From positions 192,001 to 256,000 of the forward strand of contig CBDCTH010000012.1 of NCBI GenBank assembly GCA_965222155.1: a stretch of 64,000 bases of DNA, read 5' to 3'. Below the pieces are notes generated by a model. That model saw only the letters and a program-made list of their open reading frames with translations, did not search any database and was not told where the DNA came from. The translations under genes and the position numbers were made by a program. This DNA comes from Gammaproteobacteria bacterium (GTDB taxonomy: Bacteria; Pseudomonadota; Gammaproteobacteria; Eutrophobiales; Eutrophobiaceae). Below, one piece after another: positions 40,320-49,112 of the stretch. The number at the start of each line of letters is the position of its first letter. Position 1 is the first letter of the stretch.

Positions 40320-41105
40320 ATGATTAACACCCTTCAAAGTTACCAGGCAGGACTTCACCTGTTTTATCATCCGTATTCCAACTGTTCGCAGCGCATCCTG
40401 TTGCTGCTGGCGGAAAAGCGTATTGATGCCGAAATGCACGAGGTCAATTTACTGAAGAGCGAACAGTTAACGGAGGACTATTTGCGCATCAATCCCAAGG
40501 CGGAGGTGCCGGCTATTATTCACAACGGCAAGAAGGTTAATGAATCCAGTGAAATTCTGAAATACCTGGAGGCGGAGTTTCCTGAGCCGTCGTTATCACC
40601 GGACGGTGACCAGGCGCTACAACTGATGGAGGCCTGGATAGCCTCTGCCGCGGAGTCCCATTTGAGTGGAGTGGCCAACTATGTTTATTCCCACGGTTAT
40701 GGCCGATTGCCCAGGCCCGAAGACTGGGAGTTCTATCAAAAGCATATTCCCCACCGGGCAAAATTCCATGAAGATCGTCGCAAAGGCCTGATAGGATGTG
40801 ATCCGGCGGCTGCCAGGGCCGTACTGGACGAGCAGTTTTCTAAACTTGAAGTAGCACTGGAGAACAATGACTGGCTGGTTGAGGATAGCTACAGCCTGGC
40901 CGATATTGCCTGGTTTCCCAATGTCGGTGTACTCAGGTTACTGGGTTATTCGGTTGATAAATTTCCCAATGTACAACGATGGGCTGAACGGATAGAAGCC
41001 AGACCCGCTTATCACAATGGTATCGGTAGCAAATTGAAGAACATACCGGGTTGGCTGATAGGGGTTATCGCCAGATTAAATAACAAATTTGGTAACCGGG
41101 GCTGA
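40320..41105 (+). CDS. Glutathione S-transferase family protein
   Basis: SNCSQRILLLLAEK, INPKAEVPAI, YSLADIAW. Confidence 0.9.
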   Translation: MINTLQSYQAGLHLFYHPYSNCSQRILLLLAEKRIDAEMHEVNLLKSEQLTEDYLRINPKAEVPAIIHNGKKVNESSEILKYLEAEFPEPSLSPDGDQALQLMEAWIASAAESHLSGVANYVYSHGYGRLPRPEDWEFYQKHIPHRAKFHEDRRKGLIGCDPAAARAVLDEQFSKLEVALENNDWLVEDSYSLADIAWFPNVGVLRLLGYSVDKFPNVQRWAERIEARPAYHNGIGSKLKNIPGWLIGVIARLNNKFGNRG

Positions 41106-41252
41106 TTGAGATTCGCTGTTTCCTGACTCATCAATCATGACGCTACGATAAAAACAGGTATTACAACAGGCCTGAATACGGTGAACTCCATAAGGATAAA
41201 ATGCTGTTATCTTAAAATACTGGACAGGGCGATAGCTCCGGCATGCTCAGTG

Positions 41253-41975
41253 TCATGATAACAAGCTTTCAATCAACTCGGTTAATTGCGTTGGTTGCGA
41301 CCAAAAAGGCGAGTGCGAGGCCGCTATAGACACTACTCGTTCAAAATCCCAACGCGCATGCATTTCTCGCTGGTGTTCAATACTGATAGCCTCGTCATCC
41401 AGGCATTCAATATAGTACTTGGGCACTTGCCCTAAACCATCCTGAGTATAAGCGGTTCGGGACAGCAATGGCCTTACAGGTTGAGGCTGGATAAATTGCT
41501 CAGCAGCCCTTTGGTCAGCGACTGAACAGTCACTGTAAAAGCGCTTTATTCCCGTGTCTGACCGCACTAACAGTGAAGCGGTAATCAGTGAAAATTTGCA
41601 CAATACGGATAGATCGGTCGCTTTCTCACTTTGGCCTGCGCTATACACACTTGCTACGCCGTATGGCACAACAGCCGTAAGATAGATGAGTTTATCAAAC
41701 AGTTCAGGTCGTTTCTGGGCAGCCGCCGAGACCACAAAACCACCCATGGAGTGCCCCATGGCAACAACAGGTTCTGCAGCCCTTTCCGCAGCAGCAATGA
41801 CATCCCCGGTATAATCATCCATAGTAATTCGAAACGCATTTTTTTTTCGTCCACCGGTTTGCCCCGTCAGGTTGACCACGCTTGCCTGATGCCCCTTTGC
41901 AGTAAGTAAAGGCTGGACCCTGGACCAACAACGTCCATCGTGAAAAGAACCGTGTACCAATACAATGTGCGCCAT
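41253..41975 (-). CDS. Alpha/beta hydrolase (methylesterase-like)
   Basis: VLVHGSFHDGRCW, GHSMGG, ASHSPF. Confidence 0.9.
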   Translation of the reverse strand: MAHIVLVHGSFHDGRCWSRVQPLLTAKGHQASVVNLTGQTGGRKKNAFRITMDDYTGDVIAAAERAAEPVVAMGHSMGGFVVSAAAQKRPELFDKLIYLTAVVPYGVASVYSAGQSEKATDLSVLCKFSLITASLLVRSDTGIKRFYSDCSVADQRAAEQFIQPQPVRPLLSRTAYTQDGLGQVPKYYIECLDDEAISIEHQREMHARWDFERVVSIAASHSPFWSQPTQLTELIESLLS

Positions 41976-42343
41976 AAATTACCCCTGTTGGACGATAAAA
42001 TCCGAACAATACCCACCAATGCCCGAGGTGTTAACTGCAAACGCGTCCTCGATTATATGCCTGTGATTCTGAATCTCTATGACCAATAAGCTGGCAACTA
42101 TTATAGCACGCAAATGCTATAATAGTCGTCAGCTCAGCAGTTCCCGCTAACTCCCGGGCTCGAGGGCATCCTGCCCTCGTGGAGGGCGAGACGCCCTCTC
42201 TCTCAGGGAAATATGCCCCCGCTGTCTTCGAATCCGGCAATAATCAACTGTATTGACCTCGATTTAGCGGGAGCACCTGTCAGTTTGGCAAGTGGTAGAG
42301 TAGAAGTGGCTTGTCAGGGAGACTGTGCTATATTGGCATTGCT

Positions 42344-42550
42344 ATGAACCCGGAAATTCTGACAACTGTAGGGGTCGGTATAGCGATTCTCGCTGCTGTT
42401 TTGCCAGCCATTTTGTACCTGTCCAAGCGCATTGATGAGCAGGGCAAGGAACAAGCGAAGTTCCGTGAAGACATGGCCGGCAGGATGGGCAAGCTGGAAG
42501 GTCTGCTGGAAGGTCTGCGAGAAGCCATCACCGGCAGGCGCGCTGCCTGA
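42344..42550 (+). CDS. Small membrane-anchored coiled-coil protein, copy 1 (68 aa, 0 extra repeats)
   Basis: MNPEILTTVGVGIAILAAVLPAILYL (TM)-SKRIDEQGKEQAK...LEGLLEGLREAITGRRAA. Confidence 0.8.
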   Translation: MNPEILTTVGVGIAILAAVLPAILYLSKRIDEQGKEQAKFREDMAGRMGKLEGLLEGLREAITGRRAA

Positions 42551-42885
42551 CCTGGCCGTGGCATTCCCCACCATACCTTGCCAGGATACGCCGCATCACT
42601 CTGTATATTTGTTCCTGACAGTCGCCGTAACTGGTTCCGGGAGCTGGCAACAGTTCCCGCTAACTCCCGGGCTCGAGGGCATCCTGCCCTCGTGGAGGGC
42701 GAGACGCCCTCCCTCCCAGGGAAATATGCCCCGTGACTCCTGGGGGACAGATTTGAATCTGTCCCCGCTGTCTTCGAATCCGGCAATAATCACTGTATTG
42801 ACCTCGATTTAGCGGGAGCACCTGTCAGTTTGGCAAGTGGTAGAGTAGTGGCTTGTCAGGGAGACTGTGCTATACTGGCATTGCT

Positions 42886-43224
42886 ATGAACCCGGAAATT
42901 CTGACAACTGTAGGGGTCGGTATAGCGATTCTCGCTGCTGTTTTGCCAGCCATTTTGTACCTGTCCAAGCGCATTGATGAGCAGGGCAAGGAGACGAACA
43001 AGCGCATTGATGAGCAGGGCAGGGAGACGAACAAGCGCATTAATGAGCAGGGCAGGGAGACGAACAAGCGCATTGATGAGCAGGGCAAGGAGACGAACAA
43101 GCGCATTGATGAGCAGGGCAAGGAACAAGCGAAGTTCCGTGAAGACATGGCCGGCAGGATGGGCAAGCTGGAAGGTCTGCTGGAAGGTCTGCGAGAAGCC
43201 ATCACCGGCAGGCGCGCTGCCTGA
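42886..43224 (+). CDS. Small membrane-anchored coiled-coil protein, copy 2 (112 aa, 4 extra 11-aa repeats)
   Basis: Same ends; KRI[D/N]EQG[K/R]ETN x4, in frame. Confidence 0.8.
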   Translation: MNPEILTTVGVGIAILAAVLPAILYLSKRIDEQGKETNKRIDEQGRETNKRINEQGRETNKRIDEQGKETNKRIDEQGKEQAKFREDMAGRMGKLEGLLEGLREAITGRRAA

Positions 43225-43562
43225 CCTGGCCGTGGCATTCCCCACCATACCTTGCCAGGATACGCCGCATCACTCTGTATATTTGTTCCTGACAGTCGCC
43301 GTAACTGGTTCCGGGAGCTGGCAACAGTTCCCGCTAACTCCCGGGCTCGAGGGCATCCTGCCCTCGTGGAGGGCGAGACGCCCTCCCTCCCAGGGAAATA
43401 TGCCCCGTGACTCCTGGGGGACAGATTTGAATCTGTCCCCGCTGTCTTCGAATCCGGCAATAATCACTGTATTGACCTCGATTTAGCGGGAGCACCTGTC
43501 AGTTTGGCAAGTGGTAGAGTAGAAGTGGCTTGTCAGGGAGACTGTGCTATACTGGCATTGCT

Positions 43563-43802
43563 ATGAACCCGGAAATTCTGACAACTGTAGGGGTCGGTAT
43601 AGCGATTCTCGCTGCTGTTTTGCCAGCCATTTTGTACCTGTCCAAGCGCATTGATGAGCAGGGCAGGGAGACGAACAAGCGCATTGATGAGCAGGGCAAG
43701 GAACAAGCGAAGTTCCGTGAAGACATGGCCGGCAGGATGGGCAAGCTGGAAGGTCTGCTGGAAGGTCTGCGAGAAGCCATCACCGGCAGGCGCGCTGCCT
43801 GA
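43563..43802 (+). CDS. Small membrane-anchored coiled-coil protein, copy 3 (79 aa, 1 extra repeat)
   Basis: Same ends; one 33-bp repeat. Confidence 0.8.
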   Translation: MNPEILTTVGVGIAILAAVLPAILYLSKRIDEQGRETNKRIDEQGKEQAKFREDMAGRMGKLEGLLEGLREAITGRRAA

Positions 43803-44137
43803 CCTGGCCGTGGCATTCCCCACCATACCTTGCCAGGATACGCCGCATCACTCTGTATATTTGTTCCTGACAGTCGCCGTAACTGGTTCCGGGAGCTGAC
43901 AACAGTTCCCGTTAACCCCCGGGCTCGAGGGCATCCTGCCCTGGTGGAGGGCGAGACGCCCTCCCTCCCAGGGAAATATGCCCCGTGACTCCTGGGGGAC
44001 AGATTTAAATCTGTCCCCGCTGTCTTCGAATCCGGCAATAATCACTGTATTGACCTCGATTTAGCGGGAGCACCTGTCAGTTTGGCAAGTGGTAGAGTAG
44101 TGGCTTGTCAGGGAGACTGTGCTATACTGGCATTGCT

Positions 44138-44509
44138 ATGAACCCGGAAATTCTGACAACTGTAGGGGTCGGTATAGCGATTCTCGCTGCTGTTTTGCCA
44201 GCCATTTTGTACCTGTCCAAGCGCATTGATGAGCAGGGCAGGGAGACGAACAAGCGCATTAATGAGCAGGGCAAGGAGACGAACAAGCGCATTGATGAGC
44301 AGGGCAAGGAGACGAACAAGCGCATTGATGAGCAGGGCAGGGAGACGAACAAGCGCATTAATGAGCAGGGCAAGGAGACGAACAAGCGCATTGATGAGCA
44401 GGGCAAGGAACAAGCGAAGTTCCGTGAAGACATGGCCGGCAGGATGGGCAAGCTGGAAGGTCTGCTGGAAGGTCTGCGAGAAGCCATCACCGGCAGGCGC
44501 GCTGCCTGA
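44138..44509 (+). CDS. Small membrane-anchored coiled-coil protein, copy 4 (123 aa, 5 extra repeats)
   Basis: Same ends; five 33-bp repeats. Confidence 0.8.
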   Translation: MNPEILTTVGVGIAILAAVLPAILYLSKRIDEQGRETNKRINEQGKETNKRIDEQGKETNKRIDEQGRETNKRINEQGKETNKRIDEQGKEQAKFREDMAGRMGKLEGLLEGLREAITGRRAA

Positions 44510-44844
44510 CCTGGCCGTGGCATTCCCCACCATACCTTGCCAGGATACGCCGCATCACTCTGTATATTTGTTCCTGACAGTCGCCGTAACTGGTTCCGGG
44601 AGCTGACAACAGTTCCCGCTCACTCCCGGGCTCGAGGGCATCCTGCCCTGGTGGAGGGCGAGACGCCCTCTCTCTCAGGGAAATATGCCCCGTGACTCCT
44701 GGGGGACAGATTTAAATCTGTCCCCGCTGTCTTCGAATCCGGCAATAATCACTGTATTGACCTCGATTTAGCGGGAGCACCTGTCAGTTTGGCAAGTGGT
44801 AGAGTAGTGGCTTGTCAGGGAGACTGTGCTATACTGGCATTGCT

Positions 44845-45150
44845 ATGAACCCGGAAATTCTGACAACTGTAGGGGTCGGTATAGCGATTCTCGCTGCTGT
44901 TTTGCCAGCCATTTTGTACCTGTCCAAGCGCATTGATGAGCAGGGCAGGGAGACGAACAAGCGCATTGATGAGCAGGGCAAGGAGACGAACAAGCGCATT
45001 AATGAGCAGGGCAGGGAGACGAACAAGCGTATTGATGAGCAGGGCAAGGAACAAGCGAAGTTCCGTGAAGACATGGCCGGCAGGATGGGCAAGCTGGAAG
45101 GTCTGCTGGAAGGTCTGCGAGAAGCCATCACCGGCAGGCGCGCTGCCTGA
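44845..45150 (+). CDS. Small membrane-anchored coiled-coil protein, copy 5 (101 aa, 3 extra repeats)
   Basis: Same ends; three 33-bp repeats. Confidence 0.8.
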   Translation: MNPEILTTVGVGIAILAAVLPAILYLSKRIDEQGRETNKRIDEQGKETNKRINEQGRETNKRIDEQGKEQAKFREDMAGRMGKLEGLLEGLREAITGRRAA

Positions 45151-45447
45151 CCTGGCCGTGGCATTCCCCACCATACCTTGCCAGGATACGCCGCATCACT
45201 CTGTATATTTGTTCCTGACAGTCGCCGTAACTGGTTCCGGGAGCTGACAACAGTTCCCGCTCACTCCCGGGCTCGAGGGCATCCTGCCCTCGTGGAGGGC
45301 GAGACGCCCTCTCTCTCAGGGAAATATGCCCCGTGACTCCTGGGGGACAGATTTAAATCTGTCCCCGCTGTCTTCGAATCCGGCAATAATCACTGTATTG
45401 ACCTCGATTTAGCGGGAGCACCTGTCAGTTTGGCAAGTGGTAGTGGT

Positions 45448-46311
45448 TTATCGAATATCGTTAAATCTGATCAGCCCCTCCTGAGTTACTGTTGCTATCA
45501 TGGTGCCGTCCTGTTGATAAATTGTGCCTCTTGCCAGGCCACGGGAGTTGGAGGTAGACAAGGCTTCACACTCATACAATAACCAGGCGTCGGCATGAAA
45601 GGGGCGATGAAACCACATGGCATGATCGATACTGGCCATGATAAGTTTGTTGTGGAACATATCAATCCCATGGGGGACCAGGGTCGCGGTCAACAACCCG
45701 TAATCCGAGGCATAGGCGAGTATTGCCCGGTGCAGGTCGGGGTCATCCGGTAGTTTATCTATGGTCTTGAACCACAATCGGCGTCCGGGTTTGCTGTTCG
45801 CCGAGAGCTCCCGGTCCAGTGGTTCTACCGGTCTGAGATCAAAAGGAGCTGACAGGGTAATGAGACGTCGAAATTTTTCCGGCAACCGGCCGCCTAAGCG
45901 GGACTTATACTCATGTACACCAGGCAGGGTATCAGGCGCCGGGACATCGGCGCTTTTCAGCTGATATTCGAGTCCTTGTTCGGCTACCTGGAATGATGCC
46001 GACAATGTGAATATGGGACGGCCGTGCTGTGTGGCGACAACACGCCGCGCCGAGAAACTTCTGCCGTCACGACTGCGTTCTACCTCATAGATGATTGGGC
46101 GATCATGATCGCCCTCGCGCAAGAAGTAGGCATGCAAGGAGTGTATTTGCCGGTTTTGGACTGTATATTGTGCTGCTTTCAGGGCCTGGCCCAGCACTTG
46201 TCCGCCATACACCCGGGCGGCGCCGATATCCCGGCTGGACCCGCGGAACAGGTTGTCTTCAAGCCTTTCCAACGTCAATAAACTAATGAGCTCTGCCAGT
46301 ACTGGATTCAT
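45448..46311 (-). CDS. tesB: Acyl-CoA thioesterase II (second copy)
   Basis: VYGGQVLGQAL, RDGRSFSARRV, YASDY, ASIDHAMWFHRPF. Confidence 0.92.
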   Translation of the reverse strand: MNPVLAELISLLTLERLEDNLFRGSSRDIGAARVYGGQVLGQALKAAQYTVQNRQIHSLHAYFLREGDHDRPIIYEVERSRDGRSFSARRVVATQHGRPIFTLSASFQVAEQGLEYQLKSADVPAPDTLPGVHEYKSRLGGRLPEKFRRLITLSAPFDLRPVEPLDRELSANSKPGRRLWFKTIDKLPDDPDLHRAILAYASDYGLLTATLVPHGIDMFHNKLIMASIDHAMWFHRPFHADAWLLYECEALSTSNSRGLARGTIYQQDGTMIATVTQEGLIRFNDIR

Positions 46312-46312
46312 A

Positions 46313-47140
46313 TCAGTTCACCATCACTGAACCACCGCAAACACTGAGAGCTTGCCCGGTGATATAAGAACTCTCATCTGATGCCAGGAATGCCACCGCG
46401 TTTGCAATATCAGAGGGCTTCCCAAGGCGCCCCGCCGGACAGGCAATTCCTAACTTATCAACTAACACCGATACATCAGCCCCCTCACCTATCATCGCGC
46501 TAACGACATCATCCAGACGTTCGTTCTCTATGGCCCCCGGACAAACGCTATTAACCTGGATACCATAAGGCCCCAGCTCGTGGGCCAGACATTGGGTAAA
46601 GCCGACAATACCAAACTTTGATGAACTGTATGCCGCAACGTTGGCAAAGCCTTTTAAACCGCCGCCGGCAGATATATTGATAATTTTTCCACCTTCATTA
46701 CGCTCCTGCAGGTGTCTGGCCACCGCTCTACAACAGATAAAGGTGCCTTTCATATTCACGCGCTGGACAAGGTCAAAAACTTCTTCTTCCAATTCAGTAA
46801 CCGGTACACGGTCACGACCGGCAGGCGCGGCGGCGCAATTAACGAGAATATCAATTTTACCAAATCGCTTAATAACAGCCTTTACAACTTCATCAACCTG
46901 GGCGGCGTTCGTTACATCCATTTCAGCGGCCATTGCCTGGCCACCCTTATCGCTGATGGTTTTTACTACGCTCAACAACCCTTCCCAGCCTTCCTGGCCA
47001 CGGCCACTCATGGTCAGGTCGGTCACAGCAACAGCGGCGCCGTCTTTTGCCAACCGCTGAGCGGTTGCCGCCCCGATACCCTTCTTTGCGGCCGCGCCTG
47101 TGATCAGAGCAACTTTGCCGCTAAGTTTACGCTCAGTCAT
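46313..47140 (-). CDS. SDR family oxidoreductase
   Basis: TGAAAKKGIG, YSSSKFG, ITGQALSVCGG. Confidence 0.92.
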   Translation of the reverse strand: MTERKLSGKVALITGAAAKKGIGAATAQRLAKDGAAVAVTDLTMSGRGQEGWEGLLSVVKTISDKGGQAMAAEMDVTNAAQVDEVVKAVIKRFGKIDILVNCAAAPAGRDRVPVTELEEEVFDLVQRVNMKGTFICCRAVARHLQERNEGGKIINISAGGGLKGFANVAAYSSSKFGIVGFTQCLAHELGPYGIQVNSVCPGAIENERLDDVVSAMIGEGADVSVLVDKLGIACPAGRLGKPSDIANAVAFLASDESSYITGQALSVCGGSVMVN

Positions 47141-47168
47141 TTTTCCCCATCTCCCTCACCCGGCGTGT

Positions 47169-47589
47169 TTAAGTCTGTGAGGTTAACTGAAAACGCACCC
47201 TTGGAAAATGCACGTGAACGGGTTTGCCTGCATCACTTTCCCGAGCCAGAATCCAGCGATTGTCATCTTCACCCACTAACACGCCCCGGGTTGGGACAGG
47301 TATGGTTTCCGTCGGCCTTATTTCAACCTGACTGCCTGTTAACGGGCTTTTGGTCAGCGCGGCAGGGATGGGTCGTGGTGTGGAATTTTTAGCTGTGTCC
47401 AGCGCTTTGACAGTATTAATCCTGATCATGTTGCCGTGACCCAAAGCCATCATACGGCCATACCAGGCTGTTAAGCGCTCAAGGCCCGCCAGCATGGATT
47501 GTCCCTCCATATCCAAGCGCCACCAGATAAAGTGTACGGCGGTAAAATCCGCAATCGTGGGGACGCTGGAACCAAACAGGTAGTCACCA
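47169..47589 (-). pseudogene. 3' half of a GST duplicated from 25489-25909
   Basis: Near-identical nucleotide and protein sequence to the C-terminal half of the 25489-26418 GST; 5' half absent. Confidence 0.9.
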
Positions 47590-47724
47590 ATCGTTTACTG
47601 ATTGCTCACGCTTTTGAGCGGTGACAGTAATCTCTTCTATTTCAAGAGCGCTGAGGGCCTGGGTACCCATTAAACAAAACACTGACAGGCCACAGGCAAT
47701 ACCAACTTTTCTAAATAATTTCAT
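47584..47724 (-). pseudogene. N-terminal stub of a TonB-dependent receptor
   Basis: MKLFRKVGIACGLSVFCLMGTQALSA-LEIEEITVTAQKREQSVND, then an out-of-frame junction into GST sequence and a stop. Confidence 0.85.
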
Positions 47725-47993
47725 GAACTCTTTCCCCTCCTGACCGGAGGTAATTATAATCTTCAGAGCGGCCCCGGTTAAACTGGAAAATCTGTGAACC
47801 AACTGAATCTGATTGGTTCCCGCCCTCTATTGCCAAGTAATAATATGCCGGGTTAACGACGTAAACCATGACAAAAACACGGGCAAAATTTACCAAAATT
47901 TACCAAACCTGATTTTCAGCCATCTTGAAAACGGAACGTAATTATATTAGCTTACCTGAAGTCGTTTAATGTCAAAGGTCAGGAACGTTATAA

Positions 47994-49076
47994 ATGCCGA
48001 AATTTTATCCTTTAACCATCAGTGACGTCAGGAACGAGACGGATAGCGCGGTTTGTCTGACGTTCGATGTGCCGAAGCATTTGATCGAAACCTTCCGCTT
48101 TATACAAGGCCAGTACCTGACCCTGAAAGCGGAAATTGACGGGAGTGAGGCAAGGCGCTCCTATTCCATTTGCTCCGGGGTCGATGACGGAACCCTGCGG
48201 GTTGCCGTAAAAAGAATAGAAGGCGGCGTCTTCTCGACGTTTGCCAATGAAAAACTGGGCAAGGGTGAGGTTATCGAGGTAATGCCGCCCAAGGGCACTT
48301 TTTTCACGCCGCTGCATGAGGATAACGAAAGCAATTATTTGTGTATTGCGGCAGGCAGCGGCATAACACCTGTCATTTCGATCATAAAGACCATATTGAA
48401 ACGGGAACCTGCCAGCCACGTTACCCTGCTGTATGGCAATCAACGGGTTGCCACGATCATGTTCAAGGAAGAACTGGAAGCGCTAAAAAATCGATACCTG
48501 TCCCGTTTCCAGTGGATCAATATCCTCAGCCGGGAACGCCAGGACATTGAAATCCTGAATGGTCGAATCGACAACAAAAAGGGCGGTGAATTAATTCGGC
48601 GCCTGCTTGACCTGCATTCCGTCGACGAATTCTTTTTATGCGGTCCCGAGGCGATGATATCCGAAGTATCCCGGGGATTACGCTCCGAAGGGGTTGATGA
48701 AAACAGGATCCATTATGAATTATTCGCCGCCTCGGCCGATGATGCCGCGGCAAGGGCGGTAAAACATCGTGAGCGGGCATTGAAAATGGCCGGGATGGTA
48801 GCGCAGGTCACAATCAATGCCGATGGGCGGCAGACACGGTTTGAATTGACCGCGGACGGCGAAAATATCCTTGATGGCGCTTTGGATAACGGTGTTGACC
48901 TGCCGTTTGCCTGTAAAGGCGGTGTTTGCGCAACCTGTAAGGCGAAATTACTCGAAGGAGAAGTGGATATGGATCTCAATCATGCCCTGGAACCGGATGA
49001 GCTGACTGCCGGTTATATACTCACCTGCCAGGCTCACCCGATTACGGCTGAGGTCGTCGTCGATTTCGACCAGTAG
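47994..49076 (+). CDS. paaE: Phenylacetyl-CoA epoxidase reductase subunit E
   Basis: GQYLTL, RRSYSICS, AAGSGITP, CGPEAM, PFACKGGVCATC...LTCQ 2Fe-2S domain. Confidence 0.95.
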   Translation: MPKFYPLTISDVRNETDSAVCLTFDVPKHLIETFRFIQGQYLTLKAEIDGSEARRSYSICSGVDDGTLRVAVKRIEGGVFSTFANEKLGKGEVIEVMPPKGTFFTPLHEDNESNYLCIAAGSGITPVISIIKTILKREPASHVTLLYGNQRVATIMFKEELEALKNRYLSRFQWINILSRERQDIEILNGRIDNKKGGELIRRLLDLHSVDEFFLCGPEAMISEVSRGLRSEGVDENRIHYELFAASADDAAARAVKHRERALKMAGMVAQVTINADGRQTRFELTADGENILDGALDNGVDLPFACKGGVCATCKAKLLEGEVDMDLNHALEPDELTAGYILTCQAHPITAEVVVDFDQ

Positions 49077-49112
49077 TTCCGGAGGCTGCGGACTGCTACC
49101 TTATCAGCAGAC

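Larger units (their letters stand above)
42135..45443 (+). repeat. Tandem array: 5 gene units of about (542 + 33n) bp, delimited by 6 direct copies of MITE A
   Basis: MITE A at 42135-42279 (palindrome deleted), 42648-42824, 43322-43498, 43900-44076, 44607-44783 and 45248-45424; ORF-start spacings 542, 677, 575 and 707 bp. Confidence 0.97.

Noticed and set aside
42965-45050. 33-bp repeats as a CRISPR array
   Set aside because: The repeats are directly adjacent with no unique spacers, stay in frame within ORFs, and no cas genes are present.
42314-45247. Antisense and +1-frame ORFs over the array (LLALLINALVR..., MSRARRRTSAL...)
   Set aside because: The 33-bp unit is simply stop-free in several frames, and these ORFs start or end in MITE or spacer sequence; treated as shadows.
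42135-45443. Integron cassette array or diversity-generating retroelement
   Set aside because: No integrase or reverse transcriptase in the window, no attC-type RYYYAAC/GTTRRRY ends recognised, and the cassettes are all the same gene. The two variable positions are A/G, but no template-repeat/variable-repeat organisation was found.
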